Part shown: positions 41,701-51,719 of the stretch, piece by piece
How the letters are laid out: the number at the start of each line of letters is the position of its first letter
Position numbering within the stretch: position 1 is the stretch's first letter
Assembly (NCBI GenBank): GCA_045130275.1
Contig: JBGUPL010000081.1
Span: forward strand, 1,270 to 65,269
DNA: 64,000 nt
Direction of reading: 5' to 3'
Source of the DNA: Bacteroidales bacterium
GTDB lineage: Bacteria > Bacteroidota > Bacteroidia > Bacteroidales > WCHB1-69
Notes under the pieces: model-generated
The model's database searches: none
Told to the model about the DNA's origin: nothing
The model's input: the letters and a program-made list of their open reading frames with translations, nothing else
Translations under genes and position numbers: made by a program

Positions 41701-43191
41701 ATGGATTGTTTCTTAGGCATTGATTTAGGCAGCTCGTCCGTGAAAGTTTGCGTTTTGGACGGCGAAAGTGGACAGATAATCGCTAAAAGTTTTGCCCCGG
41801 CAACTGAGGCACCGATTCTTTCCGTCCGTAGCGGATGGGCAGAGCAGAATCCCGATGATTGGTGGTCTTACATGAAAACGGCATTGCGGCAGGCAATGGT
41901 GTCAGGACATGTCCAAGCCGAAGATGTAAAAGCCATAGGCATTACGTATCAAATGCATGGATTGGTGCTGGTTAACAAGGACTTGCACGTTCTTCGTCCA
42001 TCTATTATTTGGTGTGATAGTCGTGCGGTACCCTATGGGGATAATGCTTTCAATGCCCTTGGACACGACTTTTGCCTTTCTCATCTGCTCAATTCACCCG
42101 GCAATTTCACGGTCGCGAAACTTGCTTGGGTGCGGGAGAACGAGCCCGAAATTTTCTGCCGTATATATAAATATATGTTGCCTGGTGATTATTTGGCTAT
42201 GCGTATGACTGGCGAGGTGAGAACCACTGTGCCGGGTCTTTCCGAGGGAATGAGTTGGGATTTTGTTGATAACAAGTTGTGTGACAAGTTGTTGACCTAT
42301 TTCGGAGTTCCTTCGGAAATGGTGGCTGAACAAGTTTCCACATTTGGTGAACAAGGAAGGATTACGGCATCCGCGGCTGTTGAATTGGGGCTGTGTGAAG
42401 GTACGCCGGTCTGTTATCGAGCTGGAGACCAGCCAAACAACGCTTTTTCCCTCAATGTGCTGAATCCCGGTGAGGTGGCGGCCACGGCGGGCACTTCCGG
42501 GGTGGTGTATGGCATCAGTGAGTGTGTGAATACGGATCCTCTTTCGCGTATCAATATGTTTTCGCATGTGAACTATACTGCCGGGAAACCGCGTATCGGG
42601 GTGATGCACTGCACCAATGGTGTAGGCATTCTCAATGCTTGGATGAAGCGGATGGTAGCCTCGAATCATTCTTATGACCAATTTAACGACCTGGCTGCGC
42701 AGGCTCCTGTGGGTTCCGATGGGGTGATAGTTCTGCCTTTTGGAAACGGGGCAGAACGCATTTTGGAAAATCGTCAGGTGGGGGCATCAATTCACGGTGT
42801 TAATTTCAACACTCATAATGCCAGCAATTTGGCTCGAGCTGCACAAGAGGGTGTCGCGTTCTCGTTTAAGTACGGGATGGCTGTTATGCAAGCGACAGGG
42901 ATGAATACGAAAGTGATTCGTGCGGGGCGTGCCAATTTGTTCCTGAGTCCAGTTTTCCGTACTACGTTGGCCACGATCGCTGATGTGGAAATCGAGTTGT
43001 ACGACACTGATGGTGCCCGGGGAGCGGCAACTGGCGCTGCGTTGGGAAGCGGTTTTTACGCGCATACAGATGAGGCCTTCAGCGCTTTGCATAAAATAGA
43101 AGTGGTGGCTCCGGTTAGGAACCACCACGACCAATGTTTGGAAGCTTATTCCCGCTGGGAACATGCCCTGCGGCGGGAACTTAATGCTTAG
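41701..43191 (+). CDS. FGGY-family carbohydrate kinase (xylulokinase-like)
   Basis: LGIDLGSSSVKV N-terminus, GDQPNNA, and FGGY N and C domains. Confidence 0.8.
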   Translation: MDCFLGIDLGSSSVKVCVLDGESGQIIAKSFAPATEAPILSVRSGWAEQNPDDWWSYMKTALRQAMVSGHVQAEDVKAIGITYQMHGLVLVNKDLHVLRPSIIWCDSRAVPYGDNAFNALGHDFCLSHLLNSPGNFTVAKLAWVRENEPEIFCRIYKYMLPGDYLAMRMTGEVRTTVPGLSEGMSWDFVDNKLCDKLLTYFGVPSEMVAEQVSTFGEQGRITASAAVELGLCEGTPVCYRAGDQPNNAFSLNVLNPGEVAATAGTSGVVYGISECVNTDPLSRINMFSHVNYTAGKPRIGVMHCTNGVGILNAWMKRMVASNHSYDQFNDLAAQAPVGSDGVIVLPFGNGAERILENRQVGASIHGVNFNTHNASNLARAAQEGVAFSFKYGMAVMQATGMNTKVIRAGRANLFLSPVFRTTLATIADVEIELYDTDGARGAATGAALGSGFYAHTDEAFSALHKIEVVAPVRNHHDQCLEAYSRWEHALRRELNA

Positions 43192-44591
43192 TCAGCGAAT
43201 CCGTGAAACACATCATCCACATCGTCCTTTAACTCATAGAGGACAGCGTTGTTGGCCTCTTCCACGGTGACCTGTGCCCGGTTTTGTGATGACGTAAACA
43301 GTTCAGTGCGGTTGATGGTCGGTGTGTTAACGATAGTGGAAAAAACGCTTTCATCGTTGTAATCTATAGGAGAGAATGAATCGTTGCTTGGTTGGGGAAA
43401 GCCCAGATTGTCGAAAAGGGGGACCGGCTCAGATATCATTTCAACTGCTATGTCCTTATTTTGCAGTTTCATCTCCTGTTGGGAGGGCTGGCTGTTCTGG
43501 ATTTGTTCGATTTGGGTGTCGGAAATAGTGCTTTCCGGTGAGTCTTCCACCACAGACACGATATTTTCGCCTGTGGTGTTGATTACGACACTAGGCTCCT
43601 CGTGGTTATTGGAGTTGAAGTTGGTGACCACGAGGGAGAGCTTGACGTTGTCACCGAGGGTCTCGTCCACACCGTGTCCCCAGATAACGTGCACGTTATC
43701 GGCCTGCATGTCATCGAAACGGTCTTGCAGAATCTCAAGTTCGCCCATGGTGATTTGCTTGGTGGGACCGTAGGTGACGAAGAACAGGAAGTTCTTGGCG
43801 TCGCTGATGTCGGCATTCTCGAGCAGCGGGCAGTTGAGCACGTCGTCGAGCACTTTCTGGATGCGGTCCTCGCCTTGTGCGGTGGCGATGCCGAGGAGGG
43901 CCTTGCCGCTGTGTTCCATGATGGATTTAACGTCATTGAAGTCGACGTTTTGTCCGTGGGTGACGGTGATGATTTCGGCCACGCATTTCACGGCGTTTTT
44001 GAGAATATCGTCAACCTCCCCGTAAGCCTCGTTAATGGGCAGGGAGTTGTAGTATTTCATCAGGTTTTGGTTGTTGACGATGATGAGGGAGTCCACGTAT
44101 TTGGACATTTCCTCAATGCCGGATTCAGCGGCGGCTTTGATGCGCTTGCCCTCGAACTTGAAGGGTTCGGTGACTACGCCAACGGTGAGGATGCCCATGT
44201 CTTTGGCCACTTTGGCGACCACTGGGGAAGCGCCCGTGCCCGTGCCTTTGCCCATACCCGCGGCGATGAAAAGCATCTTCGTGTTCTCACCGATGAATTC
44301 CTTGATTTTGTCCTCGCATCCGGTGGCGAAGTTGCGCGCCACTTCAGGATTGGCACCAGCTCCGAGACCGTTGCCGAGTAACAGTTTGTCTTGGATTTTG
44401 CAGGCTTCGAGATGGCATCTGTCTGTGTTGCAGACCAAGTAGTCAACGCCTTGGATGCCCTCAGCGTACATGTGTTGGACGGCATTGCTGCCGCCGCCGC
44501 CAACACCTATCACTTTGATGGAGGATGAATTTTCTTTCGCTCCGAAATCAGGTGTAAAATTGATTGATTCTTCCATATTATTTTTTGTCAT
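43188..44591 (-). CDS. ftsZ: cell division protein FtsZ
   Basis: GVGGGGSNAV and the tubulin signature GMGKGTGTGASPV. Confidence 0.95.
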   Translation of the reverse strand: MTKNNMEESINFTPDFGAKENSSSIKVIGVGGGGSNAVQHMYAEGIQGVDYLVCNTDRCHLEACKIQDKLLLGNGLGAGANPEVARNFATGCEDKIKEFIGENTKMLFIAAGMGKGTGTGASPVVAKVAKDMGILTVGVVTEPFKFEGKRIKAAAESGIEEMSKYVDSLIIVNNQNLMKYYNSLPINEAYGEVDDILKNAVKCVAEIITVTHGQNVDFNDVKSIMEHSGKALLGIATAQGEDRIQKVLDDVLNCPLLENADISDAKNFLFFVTYGPTKQITMGELEILQDRFDDMQADNVHVIWGHGVDETLGDNVKLSLVVTNFNSNNHEEPSVVINTTGENIVSVVEDSPESTISDTQIEQIQNSQPSQQEMKLQNKDIAVEMISEPVPLFDNLGFPQPSNDSFSPIDYNDESVFSTIVNTPTINRTELFTSSQNRAQVTVEEANNAVLYELKDDVDDVFHGFAD

Positions 44592-44619
44592 TACTTTCGG
44601 TTAGTGGTTTTGCCTGTGG

Positions 44620-45996
44620 TTATGAAATTGTTTCAAAAAAGTTGGACAAGGTTTTTTTGAGCTTTTCCAACAACTGTTTAGGAGGTCTCGGCGTTGTAGG
44701 TACTTTCGGTTCATCATCTTTTTCGACAAATGAGTTGGGCACTTCGTCCACATAATCGGCAATGTGGAAGTTTTTTGTTTCCTCCTCAATGCCGTATTTG
44801 AGAAGACCGAGGGCTGTGGAGTACAAAGGCTGTTTCAGTTCGTTGGAGAGGGAGTCGGCAAAGCCGATGCCGGGGATTCCGATGCGGGTGTTGAGACCGA
44901 GATCGTATTGGCAGAGTTCCACCAGATGGCGGAGTTTGGCTCCACCGCCAGTGAGCACGAGGCCAGCTCCGTTCTGGAGCATTTTCATGCAACCGGAATT
45001 TTCCAGCTCTTTCTTCACGAATCCAAGGATGTCGTTGTGGACACGGCTGTAGATGATTTTTGCCAGCTGCTCGTCCGTGATTTTCAACGGCGGAAGACCG
45101 TGAGGGCGAAGAATGGTGCTTACCCGGCTGGCACTGCTTTTTTCGGGGATACAGCTACCGTGGTTGATTTTCAGTTCTTCGGCAGTGTCTTCGGGAATGT
45201 TGCACACGTTGGCGATATCCTTGGTGATCACGGATCCTGCGAAAGGAATCACTTTGCTGAACACGGGGTGACCGTTTTGGAAAATGACCATATCGGTGGT
45301 GCCGCCACCGATGTCAATCAACACCACGCCGCGGCGCTTGTCGTCATCCGTCAGACAAGAAAGCCCGGATGCGATGGGTTCCAGAATGAGGTCTTCAGTC
45401 TTGATGTTGACATTGGATATACAAGTGTTTATCTTTTTGATCTCCTGGATGTTGCCGGTGATGATTTGATAGTAACCCGTGATCTTTGTGCCTAACTCTC
45501 CCACGGGATCGAGTGATTCGTGGCTGGCACCGTCCGCGGAATCCTCAATGATGTATTTTTGCGGGATGATGGTGATGATCTCTTGATCCGGCGGGAGGGC
45601 AATATGTTCCACGTCCTGTCTCATGGAATCAAGTTCTTCCTGTGTGATCAGCGCGTTATGGTTTGAGCGGAAGATGTAGTGTTTGCAGTTTGCTGTACGG
45701 ATGTGACGGGCGGCGATGCCTGCGTAAACGCTGTTGATGCTGTCAATCCTTGCGTGACTGGATGCCAGCTGCACGGAGGTCTTGATGCTTTCTTGGGCCT
45801 TGAGCAAGTTCATGATGAGACCGAATTCAACACCCTTGGATGCAGATTTCCCGTGACCGAGAATCTCGATTTTGCCCCGGTTGTTCAAGTATCCGACGAT
45901 CGTGGCCACCTTCGTCGTGCCGATGTCGAGACCGACCACGATGTCGCTGGCCATTTTGTTGCTTGCAAAACTGTTTGATGAGTAGTTGTTATCCAT
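44620..45996 (-). CDS. ftsA: cell division protein FtsA
   Basis: Actin-fold motifs GLDIGTTKV and DIGGGTTD. Confidence 0.92.
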   Translation of the reverse strand: MDNNYSSNSFASNKMASDIVVGLDIGTTKVATIVGYLNNRGKIEILGHGKSASKGVEFGLIMNLLKAQESIKTSVQLASSHARIDSINSVYAGIAARHIRTANCKHYIFRSNHNALITQEELDSMRQDVEHIALPPDQEIITIIPQKYIIEDSADGASHESLDPVGELGTKITGYYQIITGNIQEIKKINTCISNVNIKTEDLILEPIASGLSCLTDDDKRRGVVLIDIGGGTTDMVIFQNGHPVFSKVIPFAGSVITKDIANVCNIPEDTAEELKINHGSCIPEKSSASRVSTILRPHGLPPLKITDEQLAKIIYSRVHNDILGFVKKELENSGCMKMLQNGAGLVLTGGGAKLRHLVELCQYDLGLNTRIGIPGIGFADSLSNELKQPLYSTALGLLKYGIEEETKNFHIADYVDEVPNSFVEKDDEPKVPTTPRPPKQLLEKLKKTLSNFFETIS

Positions 45997-46006
45997 ACGC
46001 GCGGTT

Positions 46007-46759
46007 TTATTTTCTTGTTGCTATTATTCGGTTTTTGTAGCGGGCATCCAGTTGGGCGTATGTGTTGTAGCCCTTGTGGGATAGTCCGTTCTCATACACG
46101 GTCTTGAGATTTTTGAGTTTCTCTGCTGCGTTCTCTGTGGAGCCGAAAAGGATGGACTGCCCACCGACAGCACTGGTCAGTTCGATGTCATTTTGACCGT
46201 TGATGTATATTTGCCGGAACATGGCTTGGTAAAAGTCGTTCCCTTGGATGATTTTGGTCAGTTCTAGGGCGTCCTGGATTGCGTGGGAAGCTTTCTTCCC
46301 GATTTTGAAAGTGTTGGAGATGTTTCCGTTGACAATCATCAGGTAGTCTTTCATCTTGGAGGTGAAAGGCACTGTGTTGCCGTCGTTGTCAACGAAATAA
46401 TGGTCTCCGTTCGGCGTGAACACGTGTAACACGATTTCTCTAAGGGTGTAGTCGATTACCAGTTTTTTCCCGGCGAAATGGATGAAGTTCACGCTGGCGA
46501 TGTACGGGTTTGCTTTCAACCGGTTGGTGATCTCGCCCAGATCAATCTCTTTCACCGCCTTACCGATCACCTCGATCTCCGCCGATGATATGATCTGCTC
46601 CACGTCCTTGGGACTCACGGTGACACTCTCGTTTTGCGTATGAACCACTGCAGAAATACGTTCACAACGCTGTTTCGGCATGAAGACACATGCCAAAATA
46701 AATATCACCAACAAAGTGATACTCAGCAGAATACGAACTATCGGCTTGACGTATTTCAT
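46007..46759 (-). CDS. ftsQ: cell division protein FtsQ
   Basis: N-terminal TM helix plus a POTRA-like region, positioned upstream of ftsA. Start is the ATG at 46759. The track start at 46783 is a TTG. Confidence 0.75.
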   Translation of the reverse strand: MKYVKPIVRILLSITLLVIFILACVFMPKQRCERISAVVHTQNESVTVSPKDVEQIISSAEIEVIGKAVKEIDLGEITNRLKANPYIASVNFIHFAGKKLVIDYTLREIVLHVFTPNGDHYFVDNDGNTVPFTSKMKDYLMIVNGNISNTFKIGKKASHAIQDALELTKIIQGNDFYQAMFRQIYINGQNDIELTSAVGGQSILFGSTENAAEKLKNLKTVYENGLSHKGYNTYAQLDARYKNRIIATRK

Positions 46760-46925
46760 ACAAGTTTGCACAATTACTTTCAATCTGACAAAATTAAAAT
46801 TAATAATCTTTTTTTAAGATTATTTTCCGATAAAAAAATAAACACAATATTGTTGAAATATCGGCAATCCTTTCGGTCGGCTTTTGACGGGCGCCACCCG
46901 TTCCGATTTGCTGAATTTTACTTGA

Positions 46926-46970
46926 CCAACAGCCAACAGCCAATAGCCAATAGCTAATAGCCAACAGCTA
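46926..46970. repeat. heptad array, CCAAYAG flavour
   Basis: CCAACAG CCAACAG CCAATAG CCAATAG CTAATAG CCAACAG CTA. Contains the nadK stop codon. Confidence 0.85.
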
Positions 46971-47834
46971 ATCGTTCCTTTTGTCCAACCCCCACAGCAG
47001 TTTTTCGCGGATGGTGGCGTAGAAGTTGGCGTTGTCGAACAGCACCGTACGGATGGTGAACTGCTCTTTGGTGATGTGCAGTTTGACGTTGTCGTTAAGG
47101 ATAACTCGCTGCGTGTCAACACATAGGGAATATCTTCCGCCGCGCCCTTGCACGGTAATGTCCAATTCTTGCGATGCCGGGATGACTAATGGGCGGACGC
47201 TGAGCGAGTGGGACGCGATAGGGGTGAGCACTACCACGTCGGTCTGCGGGTGCAGGATGGGGCCGCCGCAGCTCATCGAGTAGGCCGTCGAGCCCGTCGG
47301 GGTGGCCACAATCAGACCGTCGGCCCAATAAGTGTTGATGTGCTGTCCGCCGGTTGAGACGGAGATGGCGTTGATGGAGTCGCTGTCGGTGGCACGGATG
47401 GTCACGTCGTTCACTACGAAGTGTGTGTCCAAGGACAGGGGCTCGCTGCCCTCGATGTGGAGCAGCGAGCGCGATTCCAAGGTGTATTGTTGATTGAGAA
47501 GCATGCGTATGCAAGCTTCAAAGTTGTCTTTTTTGATGGCTGACAAAAAGCCAACGCGCCCAGTATTGATGCCCACCAAGGGGATTCCGAGGTCGCCGAT
47601 TAAGTTGGCGGCGTCGATGAACGAGCCGTCACCCCCAATGGAAATCATAAAGTCCACATTGCCAATATGTTGCAGGTCCAAATATGACTCAAATCGCTGA
47701 ATTTCAGTGTTTTGGCATGAAATATTATTGTGCGCCATCACCCTGCAACAGTTTTTTTGCAAAAGGGCGACGACCGAGTCGATAAGGGTCTGCGGTCCGG
47801 CACCGGGACGGCTGTAGAGCGCGAACGTGAGCAT
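46968..47834 (-). CDS. nadK: NAD+ kinase
   Basis: Start set at MLTFALYS (TAATG overlap with the buk stop). Motifs GGDGSF and ATPTGSTAYSMSCGGP. Confidence 0.88.
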   Translation of the reverse strand: MLTFALYSRPGAGPQTLIDSVVALLQKNCCRVMAHNNISCQNTEIQRFESYLDLQHIGNVDFMISIGGDGSFIDAANLIGDLGIPLVGINTGRVGFLSAIKKDNFEACIRMLLNQQYTLESRSLLHIEGSEPLSLDTHFVVNDVTIRATDSDSINAISVSTGGQHINTYWADGLIVATPTGSTAYSMSCGGPILHPQTDVVVLTPIASHSLSVRPLVIPASQELDITVQGRGGRYSLCVDTQRVILNDNVKLHITKEQFTIRTVLFDNANFYATIREKLLWGLDKRND

Positions 47835-48904
47835 TACACGTATTCCTGGATTTCGATTTCCTTGTTCAGGATCATATTGGCATTCAAAGCCATAGCTGCC
47901 ATTTCGTCTTCGCCGGGATAGACGGCCACGGGGGCGATCCATTCCACGTATTTTTTGATGCGGTTGACAACGGGTTTGCCGTAAGCAATACCGCCGGTGA
48001 GGATGATGGCATCGACTTTGCCCTTCAGCACACAGGCGTTCTCGCCAATCTGCTTGGCCACTTGGTAGGCGAAAGCTTCCTCAAGGAGATCCGCTTTCGG
48101 GTCCCCGGCGATGGCTGCCTTCTCCACGGCGTAGGCGTCGTTGCTGCCGAAATAGCCCACATAACCGCCTTTGCCGACGAGCATCTTTTGCATATCCTGT
48201 TGAGTGTATTTGCCACTGAAACAAGCTTTTAAGAACTGATTCATCGGCAGTGTTCCGGAACGTTCGGGGGAGAACGGACCCTCGCCGTCCAGCGCCTGGT
48301 TCACGTCGATGACCTTGCCCTTCTCGTGTGCACCGACACTCACGCCGCCACCCATGTGGGTGATGATGAGGTTGAGATCCTCATAGCGTTTGCCATTGTC
48401 CTTTGCGTACATACGGCCGATGGCCTTGTGGTTGAGGGCGTGGAAGATGGACTGCCGTTCAAAATCGGGGTGGCCGGAGATGCGGGCGATCTCGTTCATC
48501 TCGTCAACCATCACCGGGTCGGCGATGTAGGCGCATTCCAGTCCGATGTATTTGGCGATGCTGTCGGCGATGAGGCCACCGAGGTTGCAGGCGTGCTGGC
48601 CGCTGTAGCCCATCTTAAGGTGTTCGAGCATCAAATCGTTAACTCTGTAAACACCTGATTTAAGAGGTTTTACGAGGCCGCCGCGACCCATCACGATGGA
48701 AATGTCGTGCAGGTTGATGCCTTCTGCCTCCAAAGTGGAGGTGATGATGTTCTTGCGGAATTCATACTGGTCGGCAATCGTGGCGAATTGCGACAGCTCT
48801 TCCGTAGAATGCTTGATATTTTTCAGGAAAATCTGCTCGCTGCCGTCGAAGATGGCAACTTTGGTGGAGGTGGCTCCTGGATTGATGGCAAGAATTTTCT
48901 TCAT
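47834..48904 (-). CDS. buk: butyrate kinase
   Basis: ILAINPGATSTKVAIF, with ASKHA-fold acetate/butyrate kinase motifs throughout. Confidence 0.88.
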   Translation of the reverse strand: MKKILAINPGATSTKVAIFDGSEQIFLKNIKHSTEELSQFATIADQYEFRKNIITSTLEAEGINLHDISIVMGRGGLVKPLKSGVYRVNDLMLEHLKMGYSGQHACNLGGLIADSIAKYIGLECAYIADPVMVDEMNEIARISGHPDFERQSIFHALNHKAIGRMYAKDNGKRYEDLNLIITHMGGGVSVGAHEKGKVIDVNQALDGEGPFSPERSGTLPMNQFLKACFSGKYTQQDMQKMLVGKGGYVGYFGSNDAYAVEKAAIAGDPKADLLEEAFAYQVAKQIGENACVLKGKVDAIILTGGIAYGKPVVNRIKKYVEWIAPVAVYPGEDEMAAMALNANMILNKEIEIQEYV

Positions 48905-48950
48905 ATTCTATACTATTGGGTTAATACTTAATTTTGTTCAAAAAACAATC

Positions 48951-49349
48951 TTATTCACCGCTCGGGCTGTTCCCGGTGGAAATTCTCACAGCGGGACTGT
49001 AGGAGAGACCTGCGCTGTTCTTCACGTAGGCACACACGTAGTAGGCGGTATCCACCATCGGCAGGGTGAAAGTTGCCGAGAAAGTGTCCACTTCAGAATA
49101 GCCGTTGACTTTCACTTGTGTGGTGTAGATGTCCGTGAGTGACAACGGGCAGAACAGGCTATAGCAAAAGCCCTGCTCCATATAGTAATCGCAGCCGCCA
49201 TTGTCGGTGACCAACGCGGTGACAGTCAACTGTTTGTTCTTGTAGTCCGTGTCGGTGATAGTGGATACTGCGGTGCCGAATTTGGTGCAGCCGGCAAGCA
49301 AGAGGGCGGCGCAAAAACAAAGTGTCGTTAATCTTTTCAGCTGTTTCAT
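48951..49349 (-). CDS. lipoprotein, unknown function
   Basis: Lipobox LLAGC. A TATATTTG box lies at 49372-49379 on the reverse strand. Confidence 0.6.
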   Translation of the reverse strand: MKQLKRLTTLCFCAALLLAGCTKFGTAVSTITDTDYKNKQLTVTALVTDNGGCDYYMEQGFCYSLFCPLSLTDIYTTQVKVNGYSEVDTFSATFTLPMVDTAYYVCAYVKNSAGLSYSPAVRISTGNSPSGE

Positions 49350-49397
49350 CTTCTATAAAATTTCGCGGTGGCAAATATACAAAAATTTCACACATCC

Positions 49398-49432
49398 GGC
49401 TTTTAGCTATTCGCTTTTGGCTTTTAGCTGTC
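49398..49432. repeat. heptad array, GCTNTTR flavour (complement of CCAAYAG type)
   Basis: GGCTTTTA GCTATTC GCTTTTG GCTTTTA GCTGTC. Confidence 0.7.
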
Positions 49433-49447
49433 AAACAAAAAAAAATG

Positions 49448-49455
49448 TATCTTTG
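49448..49455 (+). promoter_or_regulatory. -7 promoter box TATCTTTG
   Basis: 30 nt upstream of the trxA ATG. Confidence 0.6.
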
Positions 49456-49484
49456 CGGCTTAATATTTTAAAACCTGTAATACT

Positions 49485-49799
49485 ATGGCATTAGCAATTA
49501 ACAATGAGAATTTTGAGACCCTGATTAAGGGCGACAAATTAGTCGTCATCGATTTCTGGGCAACCTGGTGCGGCCCGTGCAGAAGCATCGCTCCCATCGT
49601 GGAGGAGGTCGCCGCCGAGTTTGAAGGCAAAGCCGTGATCGGCAAGTGCGACACCGACGAGAACGGCGACATCGCCATGCAGTTCGGCATCATGAACATC
49701 CCCACGCTGGTCTTCATCAAGAACGGCGAGCTCGTTGACCGTCACGTCGGCGTGATCAAGAAAGAGGAGCTGGTGGCGAAAATCAACCAACATCTGTAA
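49485..49799 (+). CDS. trxA: thioredoxin
   Basis: Active site WCGPC in a 104-aa protein. Confidence 0.95.
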   Translation: MALAINNENFETLIKGDKLVVIDFWATWCGPCRSIAPIVEEVAAEFEGKAVIGKCDTDENGDIAMQFGIMNIPTLVFIKNGELVDRHVGVIKKEELVAKINQHL

Positions 49800-49826
49800 T
49801 CTGTCAATTCTTTTAAATTCAACAGT

Positions 49827-51491
49827 ATGAATACAGCTTTATTAATTTGTATCATCGGAACGATTGTCATCATTCCGTTTTTGATTTACTATGTGCGTGA
49901 GGCCAAGCTGCATCACCCTAAGGGCTTGATTGCCGCTGCTTTGAGCAACATGGGCGAGCGTTTTGGTTACTACATCATGAACGCCGTGCTCCTACTCTTC
50001 CTCGTCTCCAAATTCGGCTTGCCCGACGGCACCGCTGGCGTCATCTATTCCGTCTTCTACTTCGGTATCTACGTGCTGAGCTTGGTGGGCGGTATCATCG
50101 CCGACAAGACCCAGAACTACAACAAAACCATCCAATGGGGTTTGATCATCATGGCCATCGGCTACGTGGTGATGGCTATCCCGTTGTTCAGCAAGACCGC
50201 CGAGGGCGCTATCCTCGACAGCGGCGCAGGTTGGTGGACCATCCTCATCATCACCTGTATGGCGTTGTTGTTCATCGCTTTCGGTAACGGTTTGTTCAAA
50301 GGTAACTTGCAGGCTATCGTCGGCAAATTGTACGATGAGTTTGAAGCCGAGGCTGCCAAGAAAGGCCCCGAGGCTCTCGCGGAAGCCAAGGATCGTCGCG
50401 ATTCCGGTTTCCAGATTTTCTACGTTTTCATCAACATCGGCGGTTTCTTTGCCCCGTTCATCGCCCCGTTCCTCCGCGAATGGTGGCTGAAGGCGCATCA
50501 CCTCATCTATAACGCCGACATGTCCGGTCTCTGCCACCAGTTCCTCGCTGATGGCCAAGCAACCCAGAAGTTCACTGAAACGATGGCCGCAGTACTGCAA
50601 CCCGGCTACAATTTCACTGACACTGCCGCTTTCTGCTCTGACTATATCACCGTGTTCAACCAAGGTGTGCACTTCTCCTTCATCGCTTCTGTTTTGGCAA
50701 TGGCCATTTCATTGGTTATTTTCCTGACCAACAAGTACAAACTGCCGCAGCCGGCCAAAAAACAGCAAGCTGAAGTGGTGGAATACACCGCAGAGGAGAA
50801 ACTCGCCATGGCAAAGGAAATCAAACAACGTTTGTATGCTTTGTTTGCAGTATTGGGTATTGCTGTCTTCTTCTGGTTCTCTTTCCACCAGAACGGTCAG
50901 TCTTTGTCTGTGTTCGCCCGCGACTTCGTGCAAACGGAAAAGATTGCTCCCGAGATTTGGCAAGCTTTGAACCCGTTCTTCGTGATTGTGCTCACGCCTA
51001 TCATCATGGTCGTTTTTGCGGCTCTGGCTCGCAGAGGAAAACCCATCTCCACGCCTCGCAAGATTGCCATCGGTATGGCTATCGCTGGATGTGCATATCT
51101 TTTCCTGATGATTATCTCCATCGTGAACAATTATCCGTCAGGTACAGAGTTCCGCGCTATGGATGCTGCACAGATGCTCGCCGCTGGTCTTGCCAAAGCC
51201 GCTCCTTGGGTGTTGCTTGTCACCTATTTCTTCCTGACCGTTGCTGAACTGTTCATCTCCCCGCTGGGTCTGTCGTTCGTCTCCAAGGTGGCTCCGCGCC
51301 ACATGGTAGGCTTGTGTCAGGGTTTGTGGCTTGGTGCCACCGCTCTCGGCAACCTGCTGATCTGGCTTGGCCCTGTGATGTACAATGCTTGGCCGATCAA
51401 ATACTGCTGGGCTGTGTTCGCCGTGGTCTGCTTCGTTTCCATGGCCATCATGCTCGGCATGGTGAAATGGCTGGAGCGCGTGACGAAATAG
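49827..51491 (+). CDS. proton-dependent oligopeptide transporter (POT/PTR2 family)
   Basis: GERFGYY motif in TM1 and an MFS topology of about 14 TM helices. Confidence 0.85.
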   Translation: MNTALLICIIGTIVIIPFLIYYVREAKLHHPKGLIAAALSNMGERFGYYIMNAVLLLFLVSKFGLPDGTAGVIYSVFYFGIYVLSLVGGIIADKTQNYNKTIQWGLIIMAIGYVVMAIPLFSKTAEGAILDSGAGWWTILIITCMALLFIAFGNGLFKGNLQAIVGKLYDEFEAEAAKKGPEALAEAKDRRDSGFQIFYVFINIGGFFAPFIAPFLREWWLKAHHLIYNADMSGLCHQFLADGQATQKFTETMAAVLQPGYNFTDTAAFCSDYITVFNQGVHFSFIASVLAMAISLVIFLTNKYKLPQPAKKQQAEVVEYTAEEKLAMAKEIKQRLYALFAVLGIAVFFWFSFHQNGQSLSVFARDFVQTEKIAPEIWQALNPFFVIVLTPIIMVVFAALARRGKPISTPRKIAIGMAIAGCAYLFLMIISIVNNYPSGTEFRAMDAAQMLAAGLAKAAPWVLLVTYFFLTVAELFISPLGLSFVSKVAPRHMVGLCQGLWLGATALGNLLIWLGPVMYNAWPIKYCWAVFAVVCFVSMAIMLGMVKWLERVTK

Positions 51492-51516
51492 TCTGTTCTT
51501 ACCATAAATATAAGAT

Positions 51517-51546
51517 GAGACCTGTCGGAAGATAGGTCTCTTTTTT
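51517..51546 (+). terminator. intrinsic terminator
   Basis: GAGACCT-GTCGGAAGAT-AGGTCTC followed by TTTTTT. Confidence 0.8.
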
Positions 51547-51620
51547 AATGTAGAATTAAGAATGAAGAATTAAGAATGAAGAATGAAGAATGTAGAATGA
51601 AGAGTGTAGAATATGGAGTG
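51547..51620. repeat. heptad array, GAATKAA flavour
   Basis: AATGTA GAATTAA GAATGAA GAATTAA GAATGAA GAATGAA GAATGTA GAATGAA GAGTGTA GAATATG. Confidence 0.85.
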
Positions 51621-51719
51621 TTTGGAGGAGGTTGATATTTTTCGTTGTTTGAAGGGCGTGGAGTCTCAAAAAAATATATTTTTGCTGTCGATTTTGTGAG
51701 ATAATCTAATTAATCGTAT

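Noticed and set aside
43188-43191. xylulokinase-like/ftsZ convergent overlap
   Set aside because: Only the stop codons overlap (CTTAG), which is trivial.
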